From Smithellaceae bacterium (GTDB lineage Bacteria > Desulfobacterota > Syntrophia > Syntrophales > Smithellaceae), in assembly GCA_963667845.2 (NCBI GenBank), contig CAXXVL010000002.1, forward strand, positions 2,944,001 to 3,008,000: 64,000 bases of DNA, written 5' to 3'. The position numbers and the translations under genes are program-made. This document shows positions 1 through 9,734 of this stretch, piece after piece. Position 1 is the first letter of the stretch. Each line of letters begins with the position of its first letter. The notes under the pieces are model-generated. The model was not told the origin of the DNA. It did not search any database and saw nothing but the letters and a program-made list of their open reading frames with translations.

Positions 1-515
<515 letters not shown>

Positions 516-630
516 GATTCAAATTTAACGTGACTTGTGTTTAAAGTCAAATCAAAAGCTTTTTACCCGAAACGCAATTTGTAAATAAAACTTGTTTTTT
601 TTCAGTCTTACCGCTAATAAATCGGCAAAG

Positions 631-1128
631 ATGATGAGCGAAAATCGAATCAAAATAGGCGTGCTGTCCGATACGCATATATCCGGTTTTGATAAGAACT
701 TAAAAAAAATTATTGATTTGCATTTTTCTGACGTCAATTTGATTTTTCATGCCGGAGATTTAATTGACTTATGCGTCCTGGATCTCTTCGGCGATAAGGA
801 GGTCAAAGCGGTTTACGGCAATATGGACAATGCGCGGGTAAAAGAAGCACTGCCCGAACAGCTGCTGATGGACATCAAGGGATTCAGGATCGGCCTGATT
901 CATGGTTGGGGCAGTCCTGCCGGGCTGGAAAGGAAATTGGCGGATAAATTGGGCAGACCGGATTGCATCGTTTTCGGCCATACCCATTATCCGGTGAGTA
1001 AGATCATCGATGGCATTTTGTTTTTCAATCCGGGTTCGGCAGTGGATAAGCGCTTTGCGGCATCAAAGACTGTCGGAATTCTGGAAATCGGGAAAGATAT
1101 AACGGGCAGGATCGTTCCCGTATCATAG
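631..1128 (+). CDS. YfcE/MJ0936-family metallophosphoesterase
   Basis: Motifs SDTH, HAGD, GNMD, HG, FGHTH, NPGS. ATG start preferred over upstream TTG 592. Confidence 0.9.
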   Translation: MMSENRIKIGVLSDTHISGFDKNLKKIIDLHFSDVNLIFHAGDLIDLCVLDLFGDKEVKAVYGNMDNARVKEALPEQLLMDIKGFRIGLIHGWGSPAGLERKLADKLGRPDCIVFGHTHYPVSKIIDGILFFNPGSAVDKRFAASKTVGILEIGKDITGRIVPVS

Positions 1129-1159
1129 AGTAATTGCGCGAATCACAGGTATTGAGACT

Positions 1160-1654
1160 ATGGATGTAATGTTTGCACCGTGGCGGATGGAGTATCTTTT
1201 GGGCGGAAAAGGTGAAGGGTGTGTGTTTTGTAAATGTTCTATCCGTTGTGATGAATTTATCGTCTTTGAAGGAAAAACATGTTTCGTCATGCTGAACCGG
1301 TTTCCATATGTCAACGGGCATTTGATGATCATTCCGCAGCGGCATCTGGGAGATATTGAAGAGTTGACATCTGAAGAACGCATGGAAATGTTCAATTTAC
1401 TGGATACGTCGGTCAAAGTGTTGAGAGAAGCCATGCAGCCGCAGGGATTCAATGTCGGAATGAATTTAGGAAAAGCTGCCGGGGCGGGCATTGAAGAACA
1501 TGTTCATCTTCACGTCATGCCCCGTTGGGAGGGAGATACAAATTTTATCAGTGTCGTCGGCAATGTTCGGATTATCCCGGAAGACCTGGCAACCACCACG
1601 GCCAAGCTGGCGCCCCTTTTTAAAAAACATGTTCAGGAGGGTTCAACGCGATGA
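1160..1654 (+). CDS. HIT-family hydrolase (Ap4A hydrolase/phosphorylase-like)
   Basis: APWR, CVFC, NRFPY..GHLM, HVHLHVMPR. Confidence 0.92.
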   Translation: MDVMFAPWRMEYLLGGKGEGCVFCKCSIRCDEFIVFEGKTCFVMLNRFPYVNGHLMIIPQRHLGDIEELTSEERMEMFNLLDTSVKVLREAMQPQGFNVGMNLGKAAGAGIEEHVHLHVMPRWEGDTNFISVVGNVRIIPEDLATTTAKLAPLFKKHVQEGSTR

Positions 1655-1971
1655 AAATATTCTATCTAATTCTCACTATCCTCTTTGCTTTTTTTATAGT
1701 TACTTTTTCGCAGTTCAATACCGCGCCTGTGACGATCAAATATTACTACGTACATGATATCGTTGTTCCGGCGTATATGCTTATTTTCGTTGCCCTGTTG
1801 GTAGGCGTCATCATTACGGGATTGCTGGGAGTTGTGGAAAGATTTCGCCTGAACCGTTCAATCAGCCGCCTGAACAAAACAATCAGAGATTTGCGCAAAG
1901 AACTGAGGGATAATGAAGCACCGCCGATGCTTGAAGATCGCAAGAAGGTATCCATTCCTCCCTCATCATGA
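1651..1971 (+). CDS. LapA/DUF1049-family membrane protein
   Basis: Two hydrophobic helices joined by F..FN..PV.I, followed by a basic coiled coil. Confidence 0.75.
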   Translation: MKIFYLILTILFAFFIVTFSQFNTAPVTIKYYYVHDIVVPAYMLIFVALLVGVIITGLLGVVERFRLNRSISRLNKTIRDLRKELRDNEAPPMLEDRKKVSIPPSS

Positions 1972-2450
1972 ACAGCGACCCCAGATTCATCACGGACGCC
2001 TCATTGGCTGGACTTGCCAGATGGCTCAGGCTTCTGGGATTTGACAGTCTTGTTTACGGCAGTGAAGCCGGCCGGCCGATGATGCGTCAGGCCCAAACGC
2101 AACAACGAATTCTCCTGACCAGAAGGCGGGACCTGCTGGAGCGGCAATTCGCGGGAGAGATGCTTCTTCTGCCGGAGGGTCATGTAAGCTCTCAACTCTG
2201 TTTTGTGATCCATAAACTGTCTTTAAAAATTACCGAGCATAAAATGTACACGCGCTGTCTGGGGTGCAATGAAACGCTTGATTCCATGGATAAGACAGAC
2301 GCGCGAGACCTGGTGCCCCAATTCGTCTATGAAACTTGCGACCACTTTAATCAATGCAAGAGATGCCGTAAAGTATACTGGCCGGGATCACACGCGCGCA
2401 ACGCCCTGGGCTTTCTGGAAAAAAATAAGATCACCATTCACAGGGACTGA
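1968..2450 (+). CDS. Mut7-C RNase domain protein (PIN-like plus Zn ribbon)
   Basis: F..D..L..LARWLR.LGFD, ILLTR, RC..CN...C..C.KVYW.GSH. Confidence 0.9.
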   Translation: MNSDPRFITDASLAGLARWLRLLGFDSLVYGSEAGRPMMRQAQTQQRILLTRRRDLLERQFAGEMLLLPEGHVSSQLCFVIHKLSLKITEHKMYTRCLGCNETLDSMDKTDARDLVPQFVYETCDHFNQCKRCRKVYWPGSHARNALGFLEKNKITIHRD

Positions 2451-2501
2451 TGAAGGCAGGGAACGATCGCTTCGGGGCTGTCCCATTAAACCGAGCGTTC
2501 C

Positions 2502-2996
2502 CTACGGAGATACTGCACAGTCGCGGTCATCGCCCTTGATTTTTTCGATGGCGTGTTGAAGTGCCGGTAAAACGGCGGTGAGGTTTTCCTTGGCGCCCTT
2601 GGGGCTTCCGGGGAGGTTGATGATCAGAGAGTGGCCGCGAATACCGGCGACTGCGCGGGATATCATGGCATGCGGCGTTATTTTCATGCTGGCGTAACGC
2701 ATGGCCTCGGCCATACCGGGTATGGCTTTGTCAATGACTTGCAGCGTGGCGTCCGGCGTCAGATCACGAGGGCTGACGCCTGTTCCGCCGGTTGTTAATA
2801 TCAGATCCAGGTGATCAGCATCGGCAAACTTGATGATGGCTTGCGATATTTGATCGATTTCGTCGGGGACGATGAGCGTCTTTGTGACTTGAATAGCGGC
2901 GCCCGCCAGCATTTCTGCGATGGCGGGCCCGCTTTTGTCTTCCCGTTTGCCCTGCGAGCCTTTATCGCTCACTGTGATGATTCCGGCTGAAAGCAT
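2502..2996 (-). CDS. mog: Molybdopterin adenylyltransferase MogA/MoaB
   Basis: ITVSD, R.D.SG, TTGGTG.SPRD.TP, SRA.AG, NLPGSP. Confidence 0.93.
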   Translation of the reverse strand: MLSAGIITVSDKGSQGKREDKSGPAIAEMLAGAAIQVTKTLIVPDEIDQISQAIIKFADADHLDLILTTGGTGVSPRDLTPDATLQVIDKAIPGMAEAMRYASMKITPHAMISRAVAGIRGHSLIINLPGSPKGAKENLTAVLPALQHAIEKIKGDDRDCAVSP

Positions 2997-3002
2997 TTGC
3001 GA

Positions 3003-5084
3003 TTAATCTTCCGCTTCTTTCTTCGACTCGGCAATAATTTTATCCGCGATGTAGGAGGGGACTTCCTCATAATGCGACTCGGTATACGTAAAGTTCCCGC
3101 GCCCGCTGGTCATGGAACGCAGATCGGGCGCATATTTTAGTATTTCCGCAAGAGGTACCTGACCCTTGATGACCTGGTTCGTCCCATTGGTATCCATGCC
3201 CAGAACTCGGCCCCGGCGGCTGTTGAGATCGCCGATCACATCACCCATGTATTCATCCGGAACCTCGATAGCGATGTTGACGATGGGTTCCAGCAGAATT
3301 GGCTGACATTCCATAACGCCTTTCTGGAAGGCCATCGATCCGGCGATTTTAAATGCCATTTCCGACGAATCTACGGTATGATAGGAGCCGAAAACCAGCG
3401 ATATTCTGAAATCTACCACCGGATAGCCTGCGATAACGCCTTTAGCGGCTGCTTCCTGAATGCCTTTGTCTACGGCCGGGCGGTATTGCCCGGGAATAAC
3501 CCCGCCGACGATTTTATCCAGGAATTCATAGCCTCCGCCGCGCGGCATGGGTTCTATGTCGATCGTACAGTCACCAAACTGGCCGCGTCCACCGGACTGT
3601 TTCTTGTATCGCCCCTGGACGTTGGTTTTTCCTTTAATGGTTTCAAAGTAGGGAACCTTCGGTGTGTTCAGATTGACTTCGACGCCGAATTTTCTTTTCA
3701 TTTTTTCCACGTTGACTTCAATATGCACCTGACCCATGCCCGAAAGAATCATTTCCTTCGTCTGGACATTGCGGGAGAATACGATGGTTGGGTCTTCTTC
3801 CGTCAGCCGGTGAATAGAGGATGCGATCTTGTCTTCATCGCCTCGGGATTTCGGTTCGACGGCGAAAGACATAATTGGAGGAGGTACGGCCACTTTTTCA
3901 AAAATTATGGGATTCTTCTCAGCGCATAAGGTGTCACCGGTGACGGTTTCCTTTAACTTGGCGACGCCGGCAATATCACCGGGGACGAGTACGTCTGCCT
4001 GTTTCTGATTTTTACCTTCCAGATAAAAGATGTGCCCGAATTTTTCCGTAATTTTTTTCGAAGCGTTATAGACGGCAGAATCGGAATTGAGTTTTCCGGA
4101 ATAAACCCGGAATAAGGTTAACCGCCCCGCGTAAGGGTCGGCAATGGTCTTGAAAACAATTGCCGAGAAAGGTTCATCTTCAGACGGTTTTCGCTCTTCA
4201 GTCGTGTCCGTTCCCGGCTTCTTACCCTTAATCGGTCCGCGATCAACCGGTGACGCAAAGGAAGCGACTGCCAGGTCCATCAGCATGCTGACGCCGATGC
4301 CTTTCACGGCTGAACCGCAAATGACGGGGATCAGGCTTCCCGATATGACGCCCTTTCTCAAACCGGATTTGAGTTCGTCGGCCGAAAGTTCGCCGGCTTC
4401 CAGGTACTTGTTCATCAGTTCGTCATCAGCTTCGGCGATATCTTCGACCATTGAACTGTGCATAAGGTTGGCTTCCTCCAGCAGATCCGCAGGAATATCG
4501 GAAACCTTGCCGATGCCCTTATTGTCAGCAAAGATGTAAGCCTTCATGGTGATCAGATCAATAATGCCCTGGAATTTATCTTCTGCTCCAATCGGCAGAC
4601 AGACCGGGGTGGCTTTTTTCTTGAGTTTTGATTTGATGCTGTCGAGCACCTTGTTGAAATCCGCCCGCTCACGGTCCATCCGGTTGATGAAAATCATTCG
4701 AGGAAGGGCATACTGATTGGCCATATCCCAGACTTTTTGCGTCTGGAATTCAACACCGCCCACGGAGTCGATGACGACGACCGTATTGTCGACAATGCTC
4801 ATCGAGCACTGAATATCAAAGGTAAAATTGGAGTCGCCCGGCGTATCCACGATATTGATTTTATGCTTGTCCCATTCGACAAAGTTGGCCGCGGAGGAAA
4901 TGGATACATGCTTCTTCTGCTCCTCCGGTTCGTAGTCCATAGTGGACGTGCCGTCGTCCACGCGTCCCAGCCGTTCATTTTTCCCGGAAACAAATAAAAG
5001 AGATTCACAAAGAGAGGTTTTACCGGTGCCACCGTGGCCGATGACGGCCAGATTTCTGAGCATTTTGGATTCGTACTTTGCCAT
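3003..5084 (-). CDS. Elongation factor G paralogue (EF-G II/EF-G2 type)
   Basis: Full five-domain EF-G (GMGQVH, KKQSGGRGQFG, VDSSEMAF) with divergent G motifs GHGGTGKT, KHVSI, DTPGD, NRMD. Confidence 0.9.
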   Translation of the reverse strand: MAKYESKMLRNLAVIGHGGTGKTSLCESLLFVSGKNERLGRVDDGTSTMDYEPEEQKKHVSISSAANFVEWDKHKINIVDTPGDSNFTFDIQCSMSIVDNTVVVIDSVGGVEFQTQKVWDMANQYALPRMIFINRMDRERADFNKVLDSIKSKLKKKATPVCLPIGAEDKFQGIIDLITMKAYIFADNKGIGKVSDIPADLLEEANLMHSSMVEDIAEADDELMNKYLEAGELSADELKSGLRKGVISGSLIPVICGSAVKGIGVSMLMDLAVASFASPVDRGPIKGKKPGTDTTEERKPSEDEPFSAIVFKTIADPYAGRLTLFRVYSGKLNSDSAVYNASKKITEKFGHIFYLEGKNQKQADVLVPGDIAGVAKLKETVTGDTLCAEKNPIIFEKVAVPPPIMSFAVEPKSRGDEDKIASSIHRLTEEDPTIVFSRNVQTKEMILSGMGQVHIEVNVEKMKRKFGVEVNLNTPKVPYFETIKGKTNVQGRYKKQSGGRGQFGDCTIDIEPMPRGGGYEFLDKIVGGVIPGQYRPAVDKGIQEAAAKGVIAGYPVVDFRISLVFGSYHTVDSSEMAFKIAGSMAFQKGVMECQPILLEPIVNIAIEVPDEYMGDVIGDLNSRRGRVLGMDTNGTNQVIKGQVPLAEILKYAPDLRSMTSGRGNFTYTESHYEEVPSYIADKIIAESKKEAED

Positions 5085-5260
5085 GAAAACTCCTTTCCAT
5101 ATCTCAACAAGATCCTCAAAAGATCTGATGAAACGGTCATTCAGAATGCGGGGATGTTTAGCCTATCCGGCAACTAAAATCAAGATAATTTTAAACTTCT
5201 GACGATTCGTGAAGCTTTATTCGAGCCGCCGATATCAGTTTGCAAAGGGACGAACCTCTT

Positions 5261-6958
5261 TCATTTTTTCAGCAGATTGTTTTCACCCAGCTTCAAAGGA
5301 TAAACAACTGAGAAAATGCAGAGAAACAGAGCAAAAGCAAAGGAAAGAATGAACCACACCATCTGCAGCCAGGAAAAGCCGTAACCCTGCAGTCTGGACA
5401 TGAAGATTTTATAGACCGGTCCCGCTTCCAGAATGATAACCAGGGCAATCAGACCAAAGCTGAGAATCATGAAAAGAACGCCTCCGAAACTGGTTGCCGT
5501 CAGAGCCGGATTCTCTGATTTGAAATCGGGATAGCGGGCGCCCAGACCTATCGCAAGTCCGACGATAGCCGGTACAAGAAAAAATATGGTCACAACCGAC
5601 AAAAACATCATGAAGGGCGTGACGCCGAGCAGGATGTTCGATGCGACGATCAGCGTTTCCGAGAGAATGAGCAGCGGAACATAGTAGAGGAAGAATTTAA
5701 TCCAGAGGAATGTTTTGATAGAAACGGGAGCAGCCTGAATAATCCAGAAAGCTTCCCCTTCCATACTGACGGCGGGAAAGACAAACCGCGCGGCAATGGC
5801 TGAAAGGACGAAGGCCGCCAGCCCGACATTAAGAAAGGAAAAGACATTTTGAAGATAAACCGTCTTGATGGGGGATTTGTCCAGGGGCAAAACAGAAAAG
5901 TTGTAAAGATAAATAATAATCAATGCGCAGATTAGAAACAATTGCGGCCATTGCGTTGAATCCCGGAAGAAGGATCGAATCTCTTTTATGGCGAAGGCTT
6001 TTGCCGGACGTGACAGAAAATTCAAAAATCCCTCCCAGCTACGGCCGCGAAACTTCACCGGCGCAAAAAGTCTTTTGGCGGTTGTCTGCGAGCGTGAGAA
6101 ACCACGGAAATAGATCGCATTTGCAGTGATTTCATTTATAAAGAGCAACGAAAAAAAGCAGCTTGTCGAAAGTGCCAGGTTAAAAAGCGAATGACTCCAT
6201 TGACTTTTCAGCGCAAAGCGCAGTGCATCCGTAATCCAGGTCGTAGGTAATAGCGGCCAATTGAATGCCTGCATGGAATTGAGATAAAGGACGACAGAGG
6301 CGAAGCTGTCGGGGTCGACGAGCTGTTCCGGTCGGATCATCCTCAGAACAATGATCAGCAAAATCGCCAGTACAACGCCCAGGATAACAAACAAAGTACG
6401 AATTTTTCCTGCAGGCAGCAAAGCAGCGCCAATTAAGACAATAAGGCTGCTGATCGCCGAAGCAATGAGACACAGGCATACGACGGCTGCCGGTGCGATC
6501 AGATAAAAAAAGAAGCCGGGTTTATAAACAAGGCCGTAAGACAAGAAAACGGGGAGACTGAAAGCGATCACCATCCATGATGAGTCGAAGGCGCTCGAAA
6601 GCCACCGGGAAAGAAAGATATCCTTATTGCCGACCGGCAGCGAATGCAGCAATGATAAATCGCGACTCAAATACAGGTGAGACAGGCTGTTGATGATGCC
6701 GCTGAAAAGCAACAGCGTGAAAAAGGTGATGATCATCATGGAAAGAAGTTTCATCGCCAGAATATCGCCAAAATCCTGGACGCTTTGAAAATAGGTCAGG
6801 ACGCGGTAGAAGATGAGAAAAGCACCAATCCAGAAAACCAGGCCGATTAATGTGAAAAGATAAAGTCGTGTCCGGCGATTGTCATGCGCGCCCGTTTTCA
6901 GCCCATTTCTAGCGGACAGCAGGCGCGGTCTCAATAGTGTCGTCAGGGTGCTTGTCAT
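5261..6958 (-). CDS. Putative ABC-2-type exporter permease (about 12-14 TM)
   Basis: Highly hydrophobic, internally duplicated (LLHSLPV / SMEGEAFWII..AP). Directly follows an ABC ATPase. Confidence 0.8.
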   Translation of the reverse strand: MTSTLTTLLRPRLLSARNGLKTGAHDNRRTRLYLFTLIGLVFWIGAFLIFYRVLTYFQSVQDFGDILAMKLLSMMIITFFTLLLFSGIINSLSHLYLSRDLSLLHSLPVGNKDIFLSRWLSSAFDSSWMVIAFSLPVFLSYGLVYKPGFFFYLIAPAAVVCLCLIASAISSLIVLIGAALLPAGKIRTLFVILGVVLAILLIIVLRMIRPEQLVDPDSFASVVLYLNSMQAFNWPLLPTTWITDALRFALKSQWSHSLFNLALSTSCFFSLLFINEITANAIYFRGFSRSQTTAKRLFAPVKFRGRSWEGFLNFLSRPAKAFAIKEIRSFFRDSTQWPQLFLICALIIIYLYNFSVLPLDKSPIKTVYLQNVFSFLNVGLAAFVLSAIAARFVFPAVSMEGEAFWIIQAAPVSIKTFLWIKFFLYYVPLLILSETLIVASNILLGVTPFMMFLSVVTIFFLVPAIVGLAIGLGARYPDFKSENPALTATSFGGVLFMILSFGLIALVIILEAGPVYKIFMSRLQGYGFSWLQMVWFILSFAFALFLCIFSVVYPLKLGENNLLKK

Positions 6959-6961
6959 GAG

Positions 6962-7687
6962 TTAAGCTTCCCGAACCAGCGTCAAGAATACGTCTTCCAG
7001 TGCGGCCTCTCCCGTTTTAGCGGCAATATTCAGTTCGGAGACCGTTCCCTGCGCCAAAAGTGTGCCTTTGTGAATGACTCCGATTCTATCGCACAAATCC
7101 TCGGCGAGGCTCAGCGTGTGAGTGGAGACAAAGATGGTCACATTTTTCACGGCAAGTCCCTTTAAAATATCTTTGACCATACGCACGGCTTCGGGGTCAA
7201 GGCCAACCATCGGCTCGTCAATAATCATCACTTTGGGATCGTGAAGCAGCGCCGCAACAATAATCAATCTTTGTTTCATGCCGTGCGAATAAGCCTCGAT
7301 GATTTCATCGGCCCATTCCCAGAGCGCGAATTGTCTCAGCAGTTCTTCAGATCTGCGCAACAGGCATCGGGCATCGACATTATATAAATCTCCAATAAAC
7401 TTAAGAAATTCCATGCCGGTCAGCTTTTCATACAAGAAGGGTCTGTCCGGAACAAACCCGATAATCTTTTTTGCCGAGACGGGGTCTTTTTGAACATCGA
7501 TTCCAGCCACGGTAATTTGTCCGGCTGTCGGTTTTATAATGCCGCCCATCATTCGTATTGTTGTGGTTTTGCCGGCGCCGTTCGGGCCGATAAATCCATA
7601 AATCTCGCCTGCGGCCACCTCTAAATCCAGATGGTTAACGGCGAGCGTTGTTCCAAAATCTTTTGACAGATTGGTGAGTTTAATCAT
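6962..7687 (-). CDS. ABC transporter ATP-binding protein
   Basis: GPNGAGKTT, YSHGMKQ signature, IIDEP, STH. Start placed at MIKLTNLSK (7687). Confidence 0.95.
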   Translation of the reverse strand: MIKLTNLSKDFGTTLAVNHLDLEVAAGEIYGFIGPNGAGKTTTIRMMGGIIKPTAGQITVAGIDVQKDPVSAKKIIGFVPDRPFLYEKLTGMEFLKFIGDLYNVDARCLLRRSEELLRQFALWEWADEIIEAYSHGMKQRLIIVAALLHDPKVMIIDEPMVGLDPEAVRMVKDILKGLAVKNVTIFVSTHTLSLAEDLCDRIGVIHKGTLLAQGTVSELNIAAKTGEAALEDVFLTLVREA

Positions 7688-9149
7688 TTCTGATGGATAT
7701 AACCTCCAATTTGATTTTTCCCATAAGGCCGAGTAAATCCAATTGTTCGGCGCCTTCGCCGCGGACGAGACGAAGATGTGTGACATCAGCCGGAATCTGA
7801 TTGAATACAGTATCCACAGTAACCCATTGGCCGATGTAAGCCAGATTCCAGGCATGATAATAAAAACGTCCGTTCAAATAGAGAAGCCCCATCTCGATCT
7901 GCGTGGGAATGCCCGCGGCACGCAGCAGCGCGGCGGTTAAAACTGCATGCTCATTGCAGTCGCCCATCTTGTTTTTCAGGACCTCCAAGGCATTGGGAAC
8001 AGATAGAACGGGTTTTTTTTCCAGAGTGCGATATACCCATTGAACAATTTTTCGCAGTCTGACTTGTGAGTTGTCCGCAGGGAGAATAATTTTTTTAACC
8101 TGCGCCGTAATTTTCGCGTCATCGGATTGAATAAGGGGTGATGGCTGCAAATACTTCTGAAAAACCGGCGGCACTGCCGCTTCTTGCGTTGTAGTGGAGA
8201 GGGATTCCTTGGTAATCGTCAATATATTTTGATCAAAAGTCTGCCTTCCGCCCTGAAGCAAGAGGCCCTGACTGCGGATACCGCTAATTCTGATTACGAT
8301 CGCCGTCAGTTTTGACGGTTCGGGGATTATAAGATTTGACGGAATTGAGGCGATCTGCGTCATATCAGCAGCACCCTGGGGCGAGATTCCAATTCTTGCC
8401 TGCTCGGCATTTACTTTTTCCATGGAAAGACCCAGTATCCCGCTTTCCCTTAATACTTCCCCGTCACTTGCAAGCCAGGCGCAATTCTTCGCTCCCATAA
8501 AATCGGCGCAGAGTTTTTGTGTCAGCACGCGCTTTCCCATGATGGGGATTATCTCATCGGCATTGCGAGTGACGGATACTTTGCGGATGCCGAGTGTCGA
8601 CGGATCAAAGATGCTGAAATCACGTGTTACAGATTTTTCGAGTCCGCCGCGAAATGCGGCCTCATAAATATTACCGCTGATATGAGGAATATCCTTAATC
8701 GGAATGATGGTCTTTTGTTCAGAAGGTGGAAGACCTGTAAATAGAATGAGTTTATTTTTGCTTACGTAGCCGCGGGCATTGAAGTGAAATAAACTGGAAT
8801 TCAGTTCAAAGTTAAATGAAGAGAATGTCATGTCGGGATTAAGATCTGATTCGGTAGCGATGCTCAATGCTTGTATAACCCCCATGGTATTGATCTGCAT
8901 GGAGACATTTTCTGAAGTTTGAAAATGGCCGTTATTTAACGGGTTGAATGTCCGATGGATCACGCCGATTTTTCTCTGATTTTGATAAATATTCATCCAG
9001 GATTCGGAAGGGTGCGTAATGGCTGTTCTTTGCTTTGCCGGTTGATCAAAGGCTTTTTCCTCAAATAATTCCAGACGCACGGCCAGTAGAATAATGAAAA
9101 TAATAATGATTACAATACCCCAGGCCGATTTCCATCTGATCTTTGTCAT
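7680..9149 (-). CDS. Membrane-anchored transglutaminase-like domain protein
   Basis: N-terminal TM; C-terminal GDCNEHA...YHAW...W..VD Cys-His-Asp triad. Confidence 0.9.
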   Translation of the reverse strand: MTKIRWKSAWGIVIIIIFIILLAVRLELFEEKAFDQPAKQRTAITHPSESWMNIYQNQRKIGVIHRTFNPLNNGHFQTSENVSMQINTMGVIQALSIATESDLNPDMTFSSFNFELNSSLFHFNARGYVSKNKLILFTGLPPSEQKTIIPIKDIPHISGNIYEAAFRGGLEKSVTRDFSIFDPSTLGIRKVSVTRNADEIIPIMGKRVLTQKLCADFMGAKNCAWLASDGEVLRESGILGLSMEKVNAEQARIGISPQGAADMTQIASIPSNLIIPEPSKLTAIVIRISGIRSQGLLLQGGRQTFDQNILTITKESLSTTTQEAAVPPVFQKYLQPSPLIQSDDAKITAQVKKIILPADNSQVRLRKIVQWVYRTLEKKPVLSVPNALEVLKNKMGDCNEHAVLTAALLRAAGIPTQIEMGLLYLNGRFYYHAWNLAYIGQWVTVDTVFNQIPADVTHLRLVRGEGAEQLDLLGLMGKIKLEVISIRND

Positions 9150-9265
9150 CTTTACTTATCTTTCTGATATGTTTAAAATAATAGGATCACTACAAAGATT
9201 ATATAGAGGGGATTGATTCCGGTCAACTGACAGTATTGCAAGGGCCGAATATTTTAAAGAATAAC

Positions 9266-9294
9266 TTGACAAATTCGATACGTTGATATATGAA
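9266..9294 (+). promoter_or_regulatory. Putative sigma70 promoter for the fusA leader
   Basis: TTGACA 9266-9271, 17 nt, TATGAA 9289-9294 (weak -10). Confidence 0.45.
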
Positions 9295-9331
9295 ATCAAA
9301 TTCTTATTTCTAAGGCTCGATTACGGTGGAT

Positions 9332-9373
9332 CCCCCATCTGGCAGAGACTCTTCCAAATGCGGGGTTTTTTTT
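9332..9373 (+). terminator. Intrinsic terminator-like hairpin in the fusA leader (possible attenuator)
   Basis: CCCCCATCTGG/CCAAATGCGGGG imperfect stem followed by 8 T. Confidence 0.55.
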
Positions 9374-9389
9374 GTAGTGAGACCCGAGC

Positions 9390-9618
9390 TTCAGAAACGA
9401 AGTGCGCTGAAGCTCACCGGTCGAACTATCCCGTGAGCTAAAGCGAGCAGGGGTAGTGGGCACCTTCGTTTTCAGAAACGAAGTGCGCTGAAGCTCACCG
9501 GTCGAACTATCCCGTGAGCTAAAGCGAGCAGGGGTAGTGGGCACCTTCGTTTTCAGAAACGAAGTGCCCTGAAGCACGCTTACCGAACTATCCCGCGAGC
9601 AAAGCGAGTGGGGGTAGT
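9390..9618. repeat. 81-bp palindromic tandem repeat (2 identical copies plus 1 degenerate partial copy)
   Basis: Units 9390-9470 and 9471-9551 are identical; 9552-9618 is diverged. Several internal inverted repeats. Confidence 0.95.
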
Positions 9619-9734
9619 AAATACATTTGGCGAGAGCGACTTATATTAGAACGGGTAAGTAAACATTTTCATGAAAGCGCCAAACAGGAATTATTGAAAT
9701 ATTTATTGAGACAATTATTGGAGAGGAAAGTAAA

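Noticed and set aside
7688..7855. N-terminal extension of the ABC ATPase in the ORF track
   Set aside because: Overlaps the transglutaminase CDS; the ABC domain begins at ATG 7687
9296..9577. 93-aa minus-strand ORF with 27-aa repeats
   Set aside because: By-product of the 81-bp (27-codon) DNA repeat; no SD or recognisable domain
9390..9618. CRISPR array
   Set aside because: Whole 81-bp units repeat with no unique spacers, and there are no cas genes in the window
9667..9676. TTTCATGAAA palindrome matching the gntR operator core
   Set aside because: A single short AT-rich match is expected by chance
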